Virus record (IMG/VR): IMGVR_UViG_3300037501_000260
Span: 1 to 29,025 of that record
Reading direction: 5' to 3' (one strand)
Length of the DNA: 29,025 bases
Origin: a virus
Lineage: Duplodnaviria > Caudoviricetes
Below, one piece after another: positions 1 through 7,690 of the stretch. A program made the translations under genes and the position numbers. The notes under the pieces were generated by a model that searched no databases, was not told the origin of the DNA, and worked only from the letters and a program-made list of their open reading frames with translations. Position 1 is the first letter of the stretch. The number at the start of each line of letters is the position of its first letter.

Positions 1-142
1 TGGCGTCAAAAGCATCTTTGATATTGTACTTTCCCGCGCTCGTGATGCGCTTGATCGCGGCGCGGTACGTATCATCGTTACTGGGCACAGCAGAGGTGCA
101 GCGATAGCGCAAGGTGTTGCTGTTGGGCTTCAAAAAATTTTA
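1..142. repeat. Terminal direct repeat, left copy (circular overlap)
   Basis: 1-142 matches 28884-29025 except C16 vs A28899. Confidence 0.97.
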
Positions 143-475
143 TCGGAGCAAGAAAAAAGGAAATTCCTATTGTGCGCCCGATTGTTCGCATCGCCGCGAT
201 ATTTTAACCGCGCCGGTGTTGTATCTTACAACAGGCGCGTGCCCGACACGATAAGAATACGCTATCGCAATGATCCGGTGTGCGGAGTGCCGCCTGATTG
301 GATGGGATACGACGAGCGCGTCGGCGATGAGATACGGCTCGACTACACATGGATCGATGCTATATCTCCGTGCTCGTGGGCTGCCTGTGTACCGGTTGTT
401 GGTACCGCTCTATCGGCAATCGCAGCGGCAGACCACTACCCGATGCGCTATCTTGCCGGACTACGCCGCATCTAA
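2..475 (+). CDS. Class 3 lipase (alpha/beta hydrolase), C-terminal part; the gene starts at 28513 and crosses the junction (281 aa)
   Basis: Open frame through the overlap; IIVTGHSRGAAIA nucleophile elbow (GHSRG at 83-97), LFASPR, NDPVCGVPP (catalytic Asp candidate), DHYPMRY (catalytic His candidate). Confidence 0.9.
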   Translation, partial: GVKSIFDIVLSRARDALDRGAVRIIVTGHSRGAAIAQGVAVGLQKILSEQEKRKFLLCARLFASPRYFNRAGVVSYNRRVPDTIRIRYRNDPVCGVPPDWMGYDERVGDEIRLDYTWIDAISPCSWAACVPVVGTALSAIAAADHYPMRYLAGLRRI

Positions 476-490
476 TTAACATAATACAAT

Positions 491-532
491 AAAACCCTCT
501 ATAACGCTTTATTTTGCGCTATACGGGGTTTT
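491..532 (+). terminator. Imperfect hairpin downstream of the lipase gene, possible terminator
   Basis: aaaaccctctataacgc / gcgctatacggggtttt, 17-bp stem with two mismatches and one G-U pair. Confidence 0.4.
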
Positions 533-601
533 CCCTGCTTGGGTGCTATATGATGTACCCCCCGGTACACGACGCTTTATAACGCAATAGCGAGCGTTAT
601 A
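500..601. promoter_or_regulatory. Two copies of the palindrome TATAACGC-N8-GCGYTATA
   Basis: Copies at 500-523 and 578-601, 78 bp apart, with different spacers. Confidence 0.6.
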
Positions 602-703
602 CGCGATTTTGGGAAATATGTACGAAATGTATTATTAACGACTGTTTTCGGACATTGCAACGCTTATTTTTCATTTTTTTCCCGTTTTTTTCCATTTTTT
701 TGC

Positions 704-732
704 TTGACTTTTCCACGGATATATTATATTAT
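704..732 (+). promoter_or_regulatory. Early sigma70-type promoter
   Basis: TTGACT (704-709), 17 bp, TATTAT (727-732); phased T tracts upstream; first gene has AAGGAG SD. Confidence 0.8.
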
Positions 733-778
733 ACATGTACGATTATTGATGATCGTACAAAAAATTAAGGAGTTAGTT

Positions 779-1108
779 ATGAAAGCGATTGTTGTCGAAA
801 GCATGGACGGTATACGAGCTCGCTTGGTAAGCGAGCACCGTACGATCGCCGAGGCAATGGATGCCGCGGAGATCGGAATAGATTACCAAAACTTACGTGT
901 CGTCATTGTCCCGGACGACCCAATCGTCGTCCCAAGGGACAACTACGGCTACGTGCAGACCGGGGCACGTAGACTAATGTTGCATCATCTATTCCCGGGG
1001 TTGTGCGACGCGATAGATACGGTCGTCGCACATCGGATCGACACGATCTGTCGATCCGAAGAAGAAGTCGAGGAAGCCGAAAAGCTCCTCGGCGCATATC
1101 TTGGGTAG
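779..1108 (+). CDS. Hypothetical early protein (109 aa)
   Basis: AAGGAG SD then ATG at 779; the track's TTG start at 704 is the -35 box. Confidence 0.75.
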   Translation: MKAIVVESMDGIRARLVSEHRTIAEAMDAAEIGIDYQNLRVVIVPDDPIVVPRDNYGYVQTGARRLMLHHLFPGLCDAIDTVVAHRIDTICRSEEEVEEAEKLLGAYLG

Positions 1109-1183
1109 AGGAGGTGAAGGACATCAGATCTTGGAAAGACAGGAAGCGACAAAAAAATAATCGTAAAAACAAGGAGGTCTAAA

Positions 1184-1477
1184 ATGAAAACCTATTACGT
1201 AACTGACAAATGTCGTCTGCAGAGTGATAATATGGTGAGGACGGTACTGTACCTCACCGAGGACAGAATGAGTTGGAATCGCCTTGGCGTGAAAAGACGC
1301 CCAGGGATTTACGACAAAAAATTGGCAAAGGTTATAGTAAGTGCTCCAGAGTATATCTGGAGCGAACACAGCTACATCGATTATGTAATCGATGTAGCAC
1401 ACGCCGCGTTGCTGCGGCGTGGGGTAATATGTGAACACCCAAGCGGTTGTTATTTGATCGATGGTGGTAATGTATGA
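1184..1477 (+). CDS. Hypothetical early protein
   Basis: AAGGAGGT SD; ATGA overlap with the next gene. Confidence 0.75.
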   Translation: MKTYYVTDKCRLQSDNMVRTVLYLTEDRMSWNRLGVKRRPGIYDKKLAKVIVSAPEYIWSEHSYIDYVIDVAHAALLRRGVICEHPSGCYLIDGGNV

Positions 1478-1932
1478 TATACTATGCAATGAGAGGAATT
1501 CGAATAGTTCGGGTATTGAACGATCCCGAGATACGGGACGGAAAGATATGGATCAATGGTGTTCCACTATTGGGGATCACAGATGATGCTTCTAAGGCGA
1601 TAGCAGCGGACGCCTGCAGACGCCGTGCCTGGGACGAAATACCAGAAGAATACTATTGCCGTATTGGGGTGAACAGCAATGGTGTCACGGTAGTCTCGAG
1701 GGAAGACTACCGTAGAGCCGAGTGGGAGAACCTCCCGCAGGCGGAAAAGGAATATATAGAGATAGAGAGGATATTTCTGCAGTCATATCGTCGAGAAACG
1801 GACTCAGATGATGACAACGTCTATGATGCGCTTGCTATAAGAAGCAGAGCGCAACATATGATGAACGAGTGGATGAAGAAATACCCGAAAGAAGCGGAAG
1901 AAAAGGAAAAGGAGAAAGGAGGTGAAAAATAA
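1474..1932 (+). CDS. Hypothetical early protein
   Basis: 152-aa ORF coupled by ATGA overlap. Confidence 0.75.
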   Translation: MIYYAMRGIRIVRVLNDPEIRDGKIWINGVPLLGITDDASKAIAADACRRRAWDEIPEEYYCRIGVNSNGVTVVSREDYRRAEWENLPQAEKEYIEIERIFLQSYRRETDSDDDNVYDALAIRSRAQHMMNEWMKKYPKEAEEKEKEKGGEK

Positions 1933-2100
1933 ATAAAAATTAAAAAAAGAAGCGGTCGTATATTAACGTATGCGGCCGCGTCGCTTGCGGAGGCAGCGTT
2001 CCGCGAGGCGGCGCTGCGCGGCGAGCACGTCGCGCTGATGACGGACGACGGCAAGATCGTCGCCGTTACGCCGCATAGGAGACTGCGGCGCAAGCGATAA
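1933..2100 (+). CDS. Putative 55-aa protein with ATA start
   Basis: AAAGGAGGTG SD 8 nt before ATA; open frame IKIKKRSGRILTYAAASLAE...RRKR fills the gap exactly up to the terminator. Confidence 0.5.
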   Translation: MKIKKRSGRILTYAAASLAEAAFREAALRGEHVALMTDDGKIVAVTPHRRLRRKR

Positions 2101-2103
2101 CAT

Positions 2104-2132
2104 AAGCCACCCCGTTAGGGGTGGCTTTTTTT
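2104..2132 (+). terminator. Rho-independent terminator
   Basis: aagccacccc-gtta-ggggtggctt followed by a T run. Confidence 0.9.
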
Positions 2133-2161
2133 ATGCAAACAAAAAAAATAAGGAGCAGAAA

Positions 2162-3013
2162 ATGAAAAGAAAAAACAAACAACAAGAAGAAGAAGTCGTC
2201 GTTGATGCGGGAGTGATCTTGCACCGCAACAAACAGGAAGACAATCAAAAAAAAGAGATTGCGGTGCGCGATGCAACGCAACCGCCGGAAAAAACTGATG
2301 GGCAAGCGAACTATGATACGCTACGCAGCATGGCGGAGGCGTTCGCGCGCTCTAAACTGTTTGGCGTGCAGACGCCAGATCAGGCGCTCGCGCTGATGCT
2401 TGTCGCGCAGAGCGAGGGGAGGCACCCTGCATCAATCGCCGCGGAATACAACATCATACAAAACCGACCGGCGCTCAAAAGTGATGCGATGTTGTCGCGC
2501 TTCCAGGCGGCGGGCGGGAAAGTCAACTGGGAAAAATACACAGATAAGGAAGTCGTCGGAGTATTTTCCCACCCGCAAGGCGGCAATCTGCGAGTGTCGT
2601 GGGATATGCAGCGCGCTATGACCGCAGGCGTCGGCATCAAGGAAAACTACAAGAAATATCCGCGGCAAATGCTACGCGCACGGTGCATATCTGAGGGAGT
2701 ACGCTCTGTATTCCCCGCAGTACTCGGCGGTATGTACACACCGGAGGAAGTCGCCGATTTTGAAGCGCCTCGGGAAATAACAGAAGAGAAAAATGTTGTC
2801 GATTATAATATCTGCAACTGGCCGAAAAGCAAAAATTTTGGCAAACGCTGGGAAGAGATGGACGACAACGATCTCTTATCCGCGCTAAAATTTTTGCATG
2901 AAAAATACACCGGGGGAGGTCGGGAAGAAATGATCGATATTATATCGACAATCCTTTCCGACCGCGAAGCGCGCGCAGAAGCCGAGCGCGGTGAAGGCGC
3001 GACAGTAGAATAA
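2162..3013 (+). CDS. RecT/Red-beta-like single-strand annealing protein
   Basis: YNIIQNRPALKSDAM, YKKYPRQMLRARCISEGVRSVFP..LGGMYTPEEV motifs; AAGGAG SD. Confidence 0.8.
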   Translation: MKRKNKQQEEEVVVDAGVILHRNKQEDNQKKEIAVRDATQPPEKTDGQANYDTLRSMAEAFARSKLFGVQTPDQALALMLVAQSEGRHPASIAAEYNIIQNRPALKSDAMLSRFQAAGGKVNWEKYTDKEVVGVFSHPQGGNLRVSWDMQRAMTAGVGIKENYKKYPRQMLRARCISEGVRSVFPAVLGGMYTPEEVADFEAPREITEEKNVVDYNICNWPKSKNFGKRWEEMDDNDLLSALKFLHEKYTGGGREEMIDIISTILSDREARAEAERGEGATVE

Positions 3014-3030
3014 CACAAGGAGTTAAAAAA

Positions 3031-3678
3031 ATGAAAAGTCTTATAAACGCAACGAAAGATTACGTGTCGTCGATGTCACTGTTGTCGGAATTGCTGTCCC
3101 AAGAGTGGGAAAGCGAGGATGAAAAACAAAAATTCGCCGAAGAGATAGTGCGATCTATTGTCGGTGATGAAAAAACGATTGCGAAAAAGGTTGTTAATAT
3201 CCAGGAAGTGATCAACGCGATTGATGCGCAGATCGAAAAAGCGCGCGCGTGGAAAAAAGATATTGATCGGCAGATCAAAATCGCGACAAACGTGCAGGAA
3301 CGCGTGAAAGAGTATGCGCTCGAGTGTCTCAAGATTATATTTGCGCGCACCGGTCAAAAATATGTTGAGTCTGACGGCGTGCGAATATCATATCAAGCGC
3401 AAGGTCATAAGCACCCCGTTGTAATCGATGATGATGCGTTGGTATCATACAAGTATTACGACACAACTATATCGATAACGTTACCATACGAGAAAATGGA
3501 AGAAGTTATTTCCATGCTAAAGAACAACGGTGTGATGACATGGGAAGAGAAAAAAACAATATCGGCAGATAGGGTTCGTTCTGCGCTCCTCAACGATCAA
3601 AAAGTCGAAGGGGCGCATATCGCGCCGCAGGCGGAAGGCATCCGGATCAAAAATGTATTGCCGGGGAGTGATAAATGA
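3031..3678 (+). CDS. Gp157/Mu Gam-like coiled-coil protein
   Basis: Coiled-coil N-terminus, VVIDDDALV, C-terminal RVRSALLNDQKVEGAHI..IRIK; adjacent to the annealing protein. Confidence 0.65.
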   Translation: MKSLINATKDYVSSMSLLSELLSQEWESEDEKQKFAEEIVRSIVGDEKTIAKKVVNIQEVINAIDAQIEKARAWKKDIDRQIKIATNVQERVKEYALECLKIIFARTGQKYVESDGVRISYQAQGHKHPVVIDDDALVSYKYYDTTISITLPYEKMEEVISMLKNNGVMTWEEKKTISADRVRSALLNDQKVEGAHIAPQAEGIRIKNVLPGSDK

Positions 3679-3839
3679 AAAAAGAAAATAATATCCGAAT
3701 CACGGTAGATTTGCCGGTTGAACTGTACGAGGCTCTGAAAAAAATCCGCGACGTGGAGAAGGCGAAGCCGACTATGTCATATATAGTAAGACGCATAATT
3801 GTTGAGCGTCTCAAGGAGATTGGCGATGATGCGCGGTGA
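3675..3839 (+). CDS. Ribbon-helix-helix (Arc/CopG-like) regulator, 54 aa, not in the ORF track
   Basis: MKKENNIRITVDLPVELYEALKKI...TMSYIVRRIIVERL; ATGA overlap with the upstream gene. Confidence 0.75.
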   Translation: MKKENNIRITVDLPVELYEALKKIRDVEKAKPTMSYIVRRIIVERLKEIGDDAR

Positions 3840-3993
3840 TCTATATCGGTGTATTGCCGTACCGGAAGTAGTGGAGATCATCTTTTGCGACGATGAGATA
3901 GTCCGCTATCGGATGTATGGCGGCGATGAGCGCGTAGCGTCGAGGATATGGTTTGAAGTATGGTACCGGAATATGTGGGCAAAAAAGGGGTGA
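3826..3993 (+). CDS. Small hypothetical protein
   Basis: AAGGAG SD at 3813-3818 then ATG. Confidence 0.6.
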   Translation: MMRGDLYRCIAVPEVVEIIFCDDEIVRYRMYGGDERVASRIWFEVWYRNMWAKKG

Positions 3994-3997
3994 TAGC

Positions 3998-4207
3998 ATG
4001 ACGCAAAAAGATCGGATAAAAAAATATATTGACGATTTCGGCGGGATCACGGCAGCGCAGGCTGCCGCTGATCTCGGCGTGATGTATCTATCGGGGCGGA
4101 TCAAAGACTTGCGGCGCGACGGAGTGCCGGTTGTCGCAGTTCCTCGCGTAGGCATTAACAGATATGGGGACAAGGTGCGGTATCATGAGTACACGATCAA
4201 AGTATAG
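3998..4207 (+). CDS. Winged HTH protein (HTH_39-like)
   Basis: MTQKDRIKKY..GGITAAQAAADLGVMYLSGRIKDLRRDG. Confidence 0.75.
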   Translation: MTQKDRIKKYIDDFGGITAAQAAADLGVMYLSGRIKDLRRDGVPVVAVPRVGINRYGDKVRYHEYTIKV

Positions 4208-5135
4208 AGCGCCGTTCCCATATTTCGGTGGGAAATCAAAAGTTGCTGATATAGTATGGCAGTCGTTAGGCGATCCAGAACATTATATCGAGCCGTTTTT
4301 CGGAAGCGGCGCGGTACTGTTATCTCGTAAAAACTGGTACGGTAAAATTGAAACAGTAAACGACAAGGACGGATACATTGCAAACGTGTGGAGATCGTTG
4401 CAGTTTGCGCCGGATGAGGTGGCGCGGTGGTGTGATTGGCCGGTTAATCACGCGGATTTATCGGCGCGGAAAAAAACGTTGGTAAAAAACGAATCGAGAT
4501 TATTGGAAAATCTTATAGCCGACGAAAAATGGTATGATGCTGTAATGGCTGGCTACTGGATATGGGCGGCGTCGTGCTGGATAGGTAGCGGGTTGACTTC
4601 CATCGGGAAAAGACCGCACGTCAGCAACAGCGGCACTGGCATACACGCAATCGGGAAAAGACCGCACGTCAGCACTGGAGGCAAGGGCGTACAAGAGCCG
4701 TATAACACCAACATCTATACGTGGTTTCGCGAGTTGTCGGAGCGGTTGCGCTACGTACGCGTTGTATGCGGCGATTGGACGCGGGTATGCGGAGGAAATT
4801 GGCAAATCAATTGCGGCGTTTGCGGAATTTTTTTCGACCCGCCGTATGGCGTGAAAGATAGAGATACTGACCTCTATCATATCGATAGCACTACAGTTGC
4901 AGAGGATGTAATGGCGTGGTGTGCGGAGCGTGGAAAACGCGAAACATATCGCATCGTAATCGCCGGGTACGAAGAGTACGAACCGTTGCTCAAAAATGGA
5001 TGGCGGTATATCCAATGGAGTTCGAAAGGTGGATATAGCAATCTTGGCAACGGACGCAGGAAAATAAACCGGCACCGCGAGCGGCTGTATTTTTCGCCAC
5101 ACTGTATCCAATCGGGGAACGAATTGTTTTTATGA
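4185..5135 (+). CDS. DNA adenine methyltransferase, D12/Dam-like (orphan)
   Basis: PFPYFGGK, YIEPFFGSGAV (motif I), ETVND, FFDPPY (motif IV). Confidence 0.92.
   Translation: MSTRSKYRAPFPYFGGKSKVADIVWQSLGDPEHYIEPFFGSGAVLLSRKNWYGKIETVNDKDGYIANVWRSLQFAPDEVARWCDWPVNHADLSARKKTLVKNESRLLENLIADEKWYDAVMAGYWIWAASCWIGSGLTSIGKRPHVSNSGTGIHAIGKRPHVSTGGKGVQEPYNTNIYTWFRELSERLRYVRVVCGDWTRVCGGNWQINCGVCGIFFDPPYGVKDRDTDLYHIDSTTVAEDVMAWCAERGKRETYRIVIAGYEEYEPLLKNGWRYIQWSSKGGYSNLGNGRRKINRHRERLYFSPHCIQSGNELFL
4602..4674 (+). repeat. 25-bp direct repeat with 48-bp period inside the methyltransferase
   Basis: atcgggaaaagaccgcacgtcagca at 4602-4626 and 4650-4674 (IGKRPHVS twice). Confidence 0.95.
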
Positions 5136-5144
5136 TAAAAACAC

Positions 5145-5173
5145 TTGACTAAAGCGAGTTATTATATTATATT
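5145..5173 (+). promoter_or_regulatory. Sigma70-type promoter of the replication operon
   Basis: TTGACT, 17 bp, TATATT; shares cttgact and tatattatattat with the early promoter. Confidence 0.75.
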
Positions 5174-5182
5174 ATGTTAAGT

Positions 5183-5296
5183 ATGATAACCTATGGGCAA
5201 AATAAACGGAGAAAATCGGCGCAAGCCGTTTTTACAAGGGCGGCGGTATTCTATGCCCATAGGTACGCCGCCGACCCTTGTTTTTTTTCCCTATGA
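5183..5296 (+). CDS. Putative 37-aa leader peptide coupled to the initiator gene
   Basis: MITYGQNKRRKSAQAVFTRAAVFYAHRYAADPCFFSL; starts near the predicted +1; its TGA overlaps the initiator ATG (ATGA). Confidence 0.45.
   Translation: MITYGQNKRRKSAQAVFTRAAVFYAHRYAADPCFFSL
5234..5288 (+). terminator. Leader terminator/attenuator
   Basis: acaaggg-cggcgg pairs with ccgccg-a-cccttgt, followed by T8, just before the initiator ATG. Confidence 0.7.
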
Positions 5297-6078
5297 ATAA
5301 ACGGTATTGGCTAAAACTGAATGAGCATTTTTTTGACGACGACAAAATTATTTGGCTTGAGTCGCAACGCAACGGAGAAAAATATGTTTTGATATGGGTA
5401 AAATTACTTCTGAAGTGCCTGAAAAATAGAGACGAAGAGCATATAGGATTTTTGAGATTTACCGACAAGTTACCATACACGGAAGAACTGCTATCGAAAG
5501 CGCTATCAACAGATATAGATGCGCTACGGGTTGCGATGAAAATGTTTTTTGAACTTGGTATGGTGGAAAAATTGAAAGATGGAACATTGTACATTGAGGC
5601 AGTCCAATCGATGATTGGGAGTGAAACATCCGCGGCAGAACGGATGAGACGTATGCGGGAAAACCGCAAATTTTTGCAAATTTCGCAGGTAAAGCGTAAC
5701 AATGTTACAGATGTGACGCGTAACGAGTTACACAATAAAGATATAGATATAGATAAAGATATAGATATAGAGAAAGAGAAAGAGAAAGAGAAAGAAAAAG
5801 AGAAAGAAATTTTCGACGTAAAAATTCCTGAAGTTATTGACGTTGAAATTTTCCGCGTGGCATGGAGAAAATGGGTTGAGTATCGAAAACAAATCCGGAA
5901 AAAACTTAATCGCATGACAGCCGAAAAACAACTTGAATTTCTCTCTGAAAATTCATCAGACGCAGTCGAGATAATCAATCAAAGCATCCGCAACGGCTGG
6001 CAAGGCTTGTTTCCTCTGCGCCGTGGGAAAGAAGCGCCGCGGCGTATTGGTATCGCTTTGCCGCCATCGGACTTTTGA
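5293..6078 (+). CDS. Phage replisome organizer (replication initiator)
   Basis: MNKRYWLKLNEHFFDDDKI..LE...NGEKY..IWVKLLL N-terminal domain, IGSETSAAERMRR, DIDIDKDIDIEKEKEKE linker, SIRNGWQGLF C-terminus. Confidence 0.9.
   Translation: MNKRYWLKLNEHFFDDDKIIWLESQRNGEKYVLIWVKLLLKCLKNRDEEHIGFLRFTDKLPYTEELLSKALSTDIDALRVAMKMFFELGMVEKLKDGTLYIEAVQSMIGSETSAAERMRRMRENRKFLQISQVKRNNVTDVTRNELHNKDIDIDKDIDIEKEKEKEKEKEKEIFDVKIPEVIDVEIFRVAWRKWVEYRKQIRKKLNRMTAEKQLEFLSENSSDAVEIINQSIRNGWQGLFPLRRGKEAPRRIGIALPPSDF
5694..5808. repeat. Iteron-like repeats plus gatata/gagaaa tandem hexamers, candidate origin
   Basis: gcgtaac-aat-gttaca (5694-5709) and gcgtaac-ga-gttaca (5718-5732), then AT-rich hexamer repeats. Confidence 0.5.
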
Positions 6079-6086
6079 GGTGTGCT

Positions 6087-6713
6087 ATGGATACAATAGG
6101 CAACATAATACGCTACGATACGGCTATTGCAAAAAAAATATCAGACGGCGATATACCTTGCATCGCAGAAGAAAAAAAAGCCAACGAAAACGATATTTTG
6201 AGACAAAAAATAATTCTGTCTTTTGGGAAACACTATGCCGACAAGTCGTTTGAAAATTTCCGCGACGAAAAAAACACGATTGGGAAAGCAAAAAAAGCGC
6301 TCGAAAAAAACATGGGGCTATATATATACGGCAAGTCGAGGACGGGGAAAACGCATCTTGCTTGCGGAATATATCGGCATATACACAAAACAATATCGCA
6401 TAATGTTTTGTTCAGAAAATGCGTCGAGCTCGATATTTTGTTTTCCGATTATAACGACGATGAGAGATTGCGAAAAATCGAGCTTTTGAAAAAAGTTGAT
6501 TATCTATTCCTCGACGACATTGGAGTTGGAAAGTTAACGCAAGAAAGGCATAGCATGTACTATTATGTGATAGACTATCGCCTATCTAACGACTTATGGA
6601 CATGCTACACGTCTAACTACATGACCAACGAACTTTGGAAAGGGAGCACGGATGCTGACCCAGCGAGGATAATATCAAGAATACGTGAGACTTGCAAAGG
6701 GATTGCGCTATGA
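6087..6713 (+). CDS. DnaC/IstB-like ATPase (helicase loader)
   Basis: Walker A GKSRTGKTHLA, Walker B LFLDDIG, YTSN, RIISRI; GAGGTG SD. Confidence 0.9.
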   Translation: MDTIGNIIRYDTAIAKKISDGDIPCIAEEKKANENDILRQKIILSFGKHYADKSFENFRDEKNTIGKAKKALEKNMGLYIYGKSRTGKTHLACGIYRHIHKTISHNVLFRKCVELDILFSDYNDDERLRKIELLKKVDYLFLDDIGVGKLTQERHSMYYYVIDYRLSNDLWTCYTSNYMTNELWKGSTDADPARIISRIRETCKGIAL

Positions 6714-7126
6714 TTACATTCGAGCAACAGATTTATTTGGCAGTTACTTCGCGCGGTGTTTTTGTCCGCACGCGGCGCGGCGATATACCAATAAGCAAGA
6801 ACGAATACGTGCAATGCGAATTTATCGATGACAAATCGTTTTCCGACTATTGCCATTGGCTTATGATGTATGCGCGCGGGTATTGCGAAAAAGATATTTT
6901 AATAAAAATTTTGAGCGGGGACGGGTTGTCAAGATTTTACGACGAACGCGACTTATCCATCCCGTACAGAGATACAACAGCATTACCTATACAGGCAAAA
7001 CAGGCAAAACAAGAAAAACAAGAAACAATAGACAAAAAGGAAAACGCAATCGATGCGATAAAAAAATATGAAGATGCTATCAAAAAAAAAGTGATCTTGA
7101 AACAGTGCTTGCGATATGCGGGATAA
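6710..7126 (+). CDS. Hypothetical protein
   Basis: ATGA overlap with the loader gene; its 3' end depends on an A9 run. Confidence 0.65.
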   Translation: MITFEQQIYLAVTSRGVFVRTRRGDIPISKNEYVQCEFIDDKSFSDYCHWLMMYARGYCEKDILIKILSGDGLSRFYDERDLSIPYRDTTALPIQAKQAKQEKQETIDKKENAIDAIKKYEDAIKKKVILKQCLRYAG

Positions 7127-7422
7127 CGCCAGTACGAGAGTACCGGTTCCATCCGCCGCGGCGATACCGGTTTGATTACGCGATACCGGAACGCAAGATA
7201 GCAATCGAATACGAAGGAGGCGTATGGATACGCGGCAGACACAATCGCGGGCGTGGGTATGTCAACGATTGCCGGAAATATAATCTCGCGGCAATCGATG
7301 GGTGGATAGTTTTGCGACTAACCTCCGACGATTTGATCCCAAAAAACTTGCAAAAAACAATCGATATGATAAAATCCGCGCTGGAGTGCACAAATGGAAA
7401 CTGCTATGTCAATCGCGCATGA
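7105..7422 (+). CDS. PD-(D/E)XK restriction-like endonuclease (DUF559/Vsr-like), start uncertain
   Basis: REYRFHPPRRYRFDYA...IAIEYEGG...RH...DCRKYN.A..GWIVLR. Confidence 0.8.
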   Translation: MLAICGITPVREYRFHPPRRYRFDYAIPERKIAIEYEGGVWIRGRHNRGRGYVNDCRKYNLAAIDGWIVLRLTSDDLIPKNLQKTIDMIKSALECTNGNCYVNRA

Positions 7423-7690
7423 GATATGCCGTGGGATACAAGCATCGTGTATTATGTGCGGCGATAGTTATAGCGAATTGCATCATTTCCCGAAACGCCA
7501 CAAACGCGGCGGCGCGCCGGAGATACTATACATAACGCTTTTCCCAGTTTGCAAAAAATGCCATGAAAAATCGCCGACAGCACGCGCAATAACCCAAAAA
7601 ACGAAAACAACATGCGCATACAACGCGATGTGGCGCGCTGCACTCGAGCATGCAAAACAAAACATTCTTCGCTATCGGACACTGGGGTAA
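7394..7690 (+). CDS. HNH-like zinc-binding protein
   Basis: CIMC...ELHH...PVCKKCH. Confidence 0.6.
   Translation: METAMSIAHEICRGIQASCIMCGDSYSELHHFPKRHKRGGAPEILYITLFPVCKKCHEKSPTARAITQKTKTTCAYNAMWRAALEHAKQNILRYRTLG

Noticed and set aside
4602-4674. Possible mini-CRISPR (25-bp repeats, 23-bp spacer)
   Set aside because: Only two copies, in frame within a coding gene, no cas genes or leader
5232-5978. 248-aa minus-strand ORF with FSFSFS/ISIS repeats
   Set aside because: Reverse reading of the EKEK/DIDI linker of the initiator
6992-7027. 9-bp tandem repeats (QAK QAK QEK), and 12-bp repeats near 20637
   Set aside because: Ordinary low-complexity linker coding
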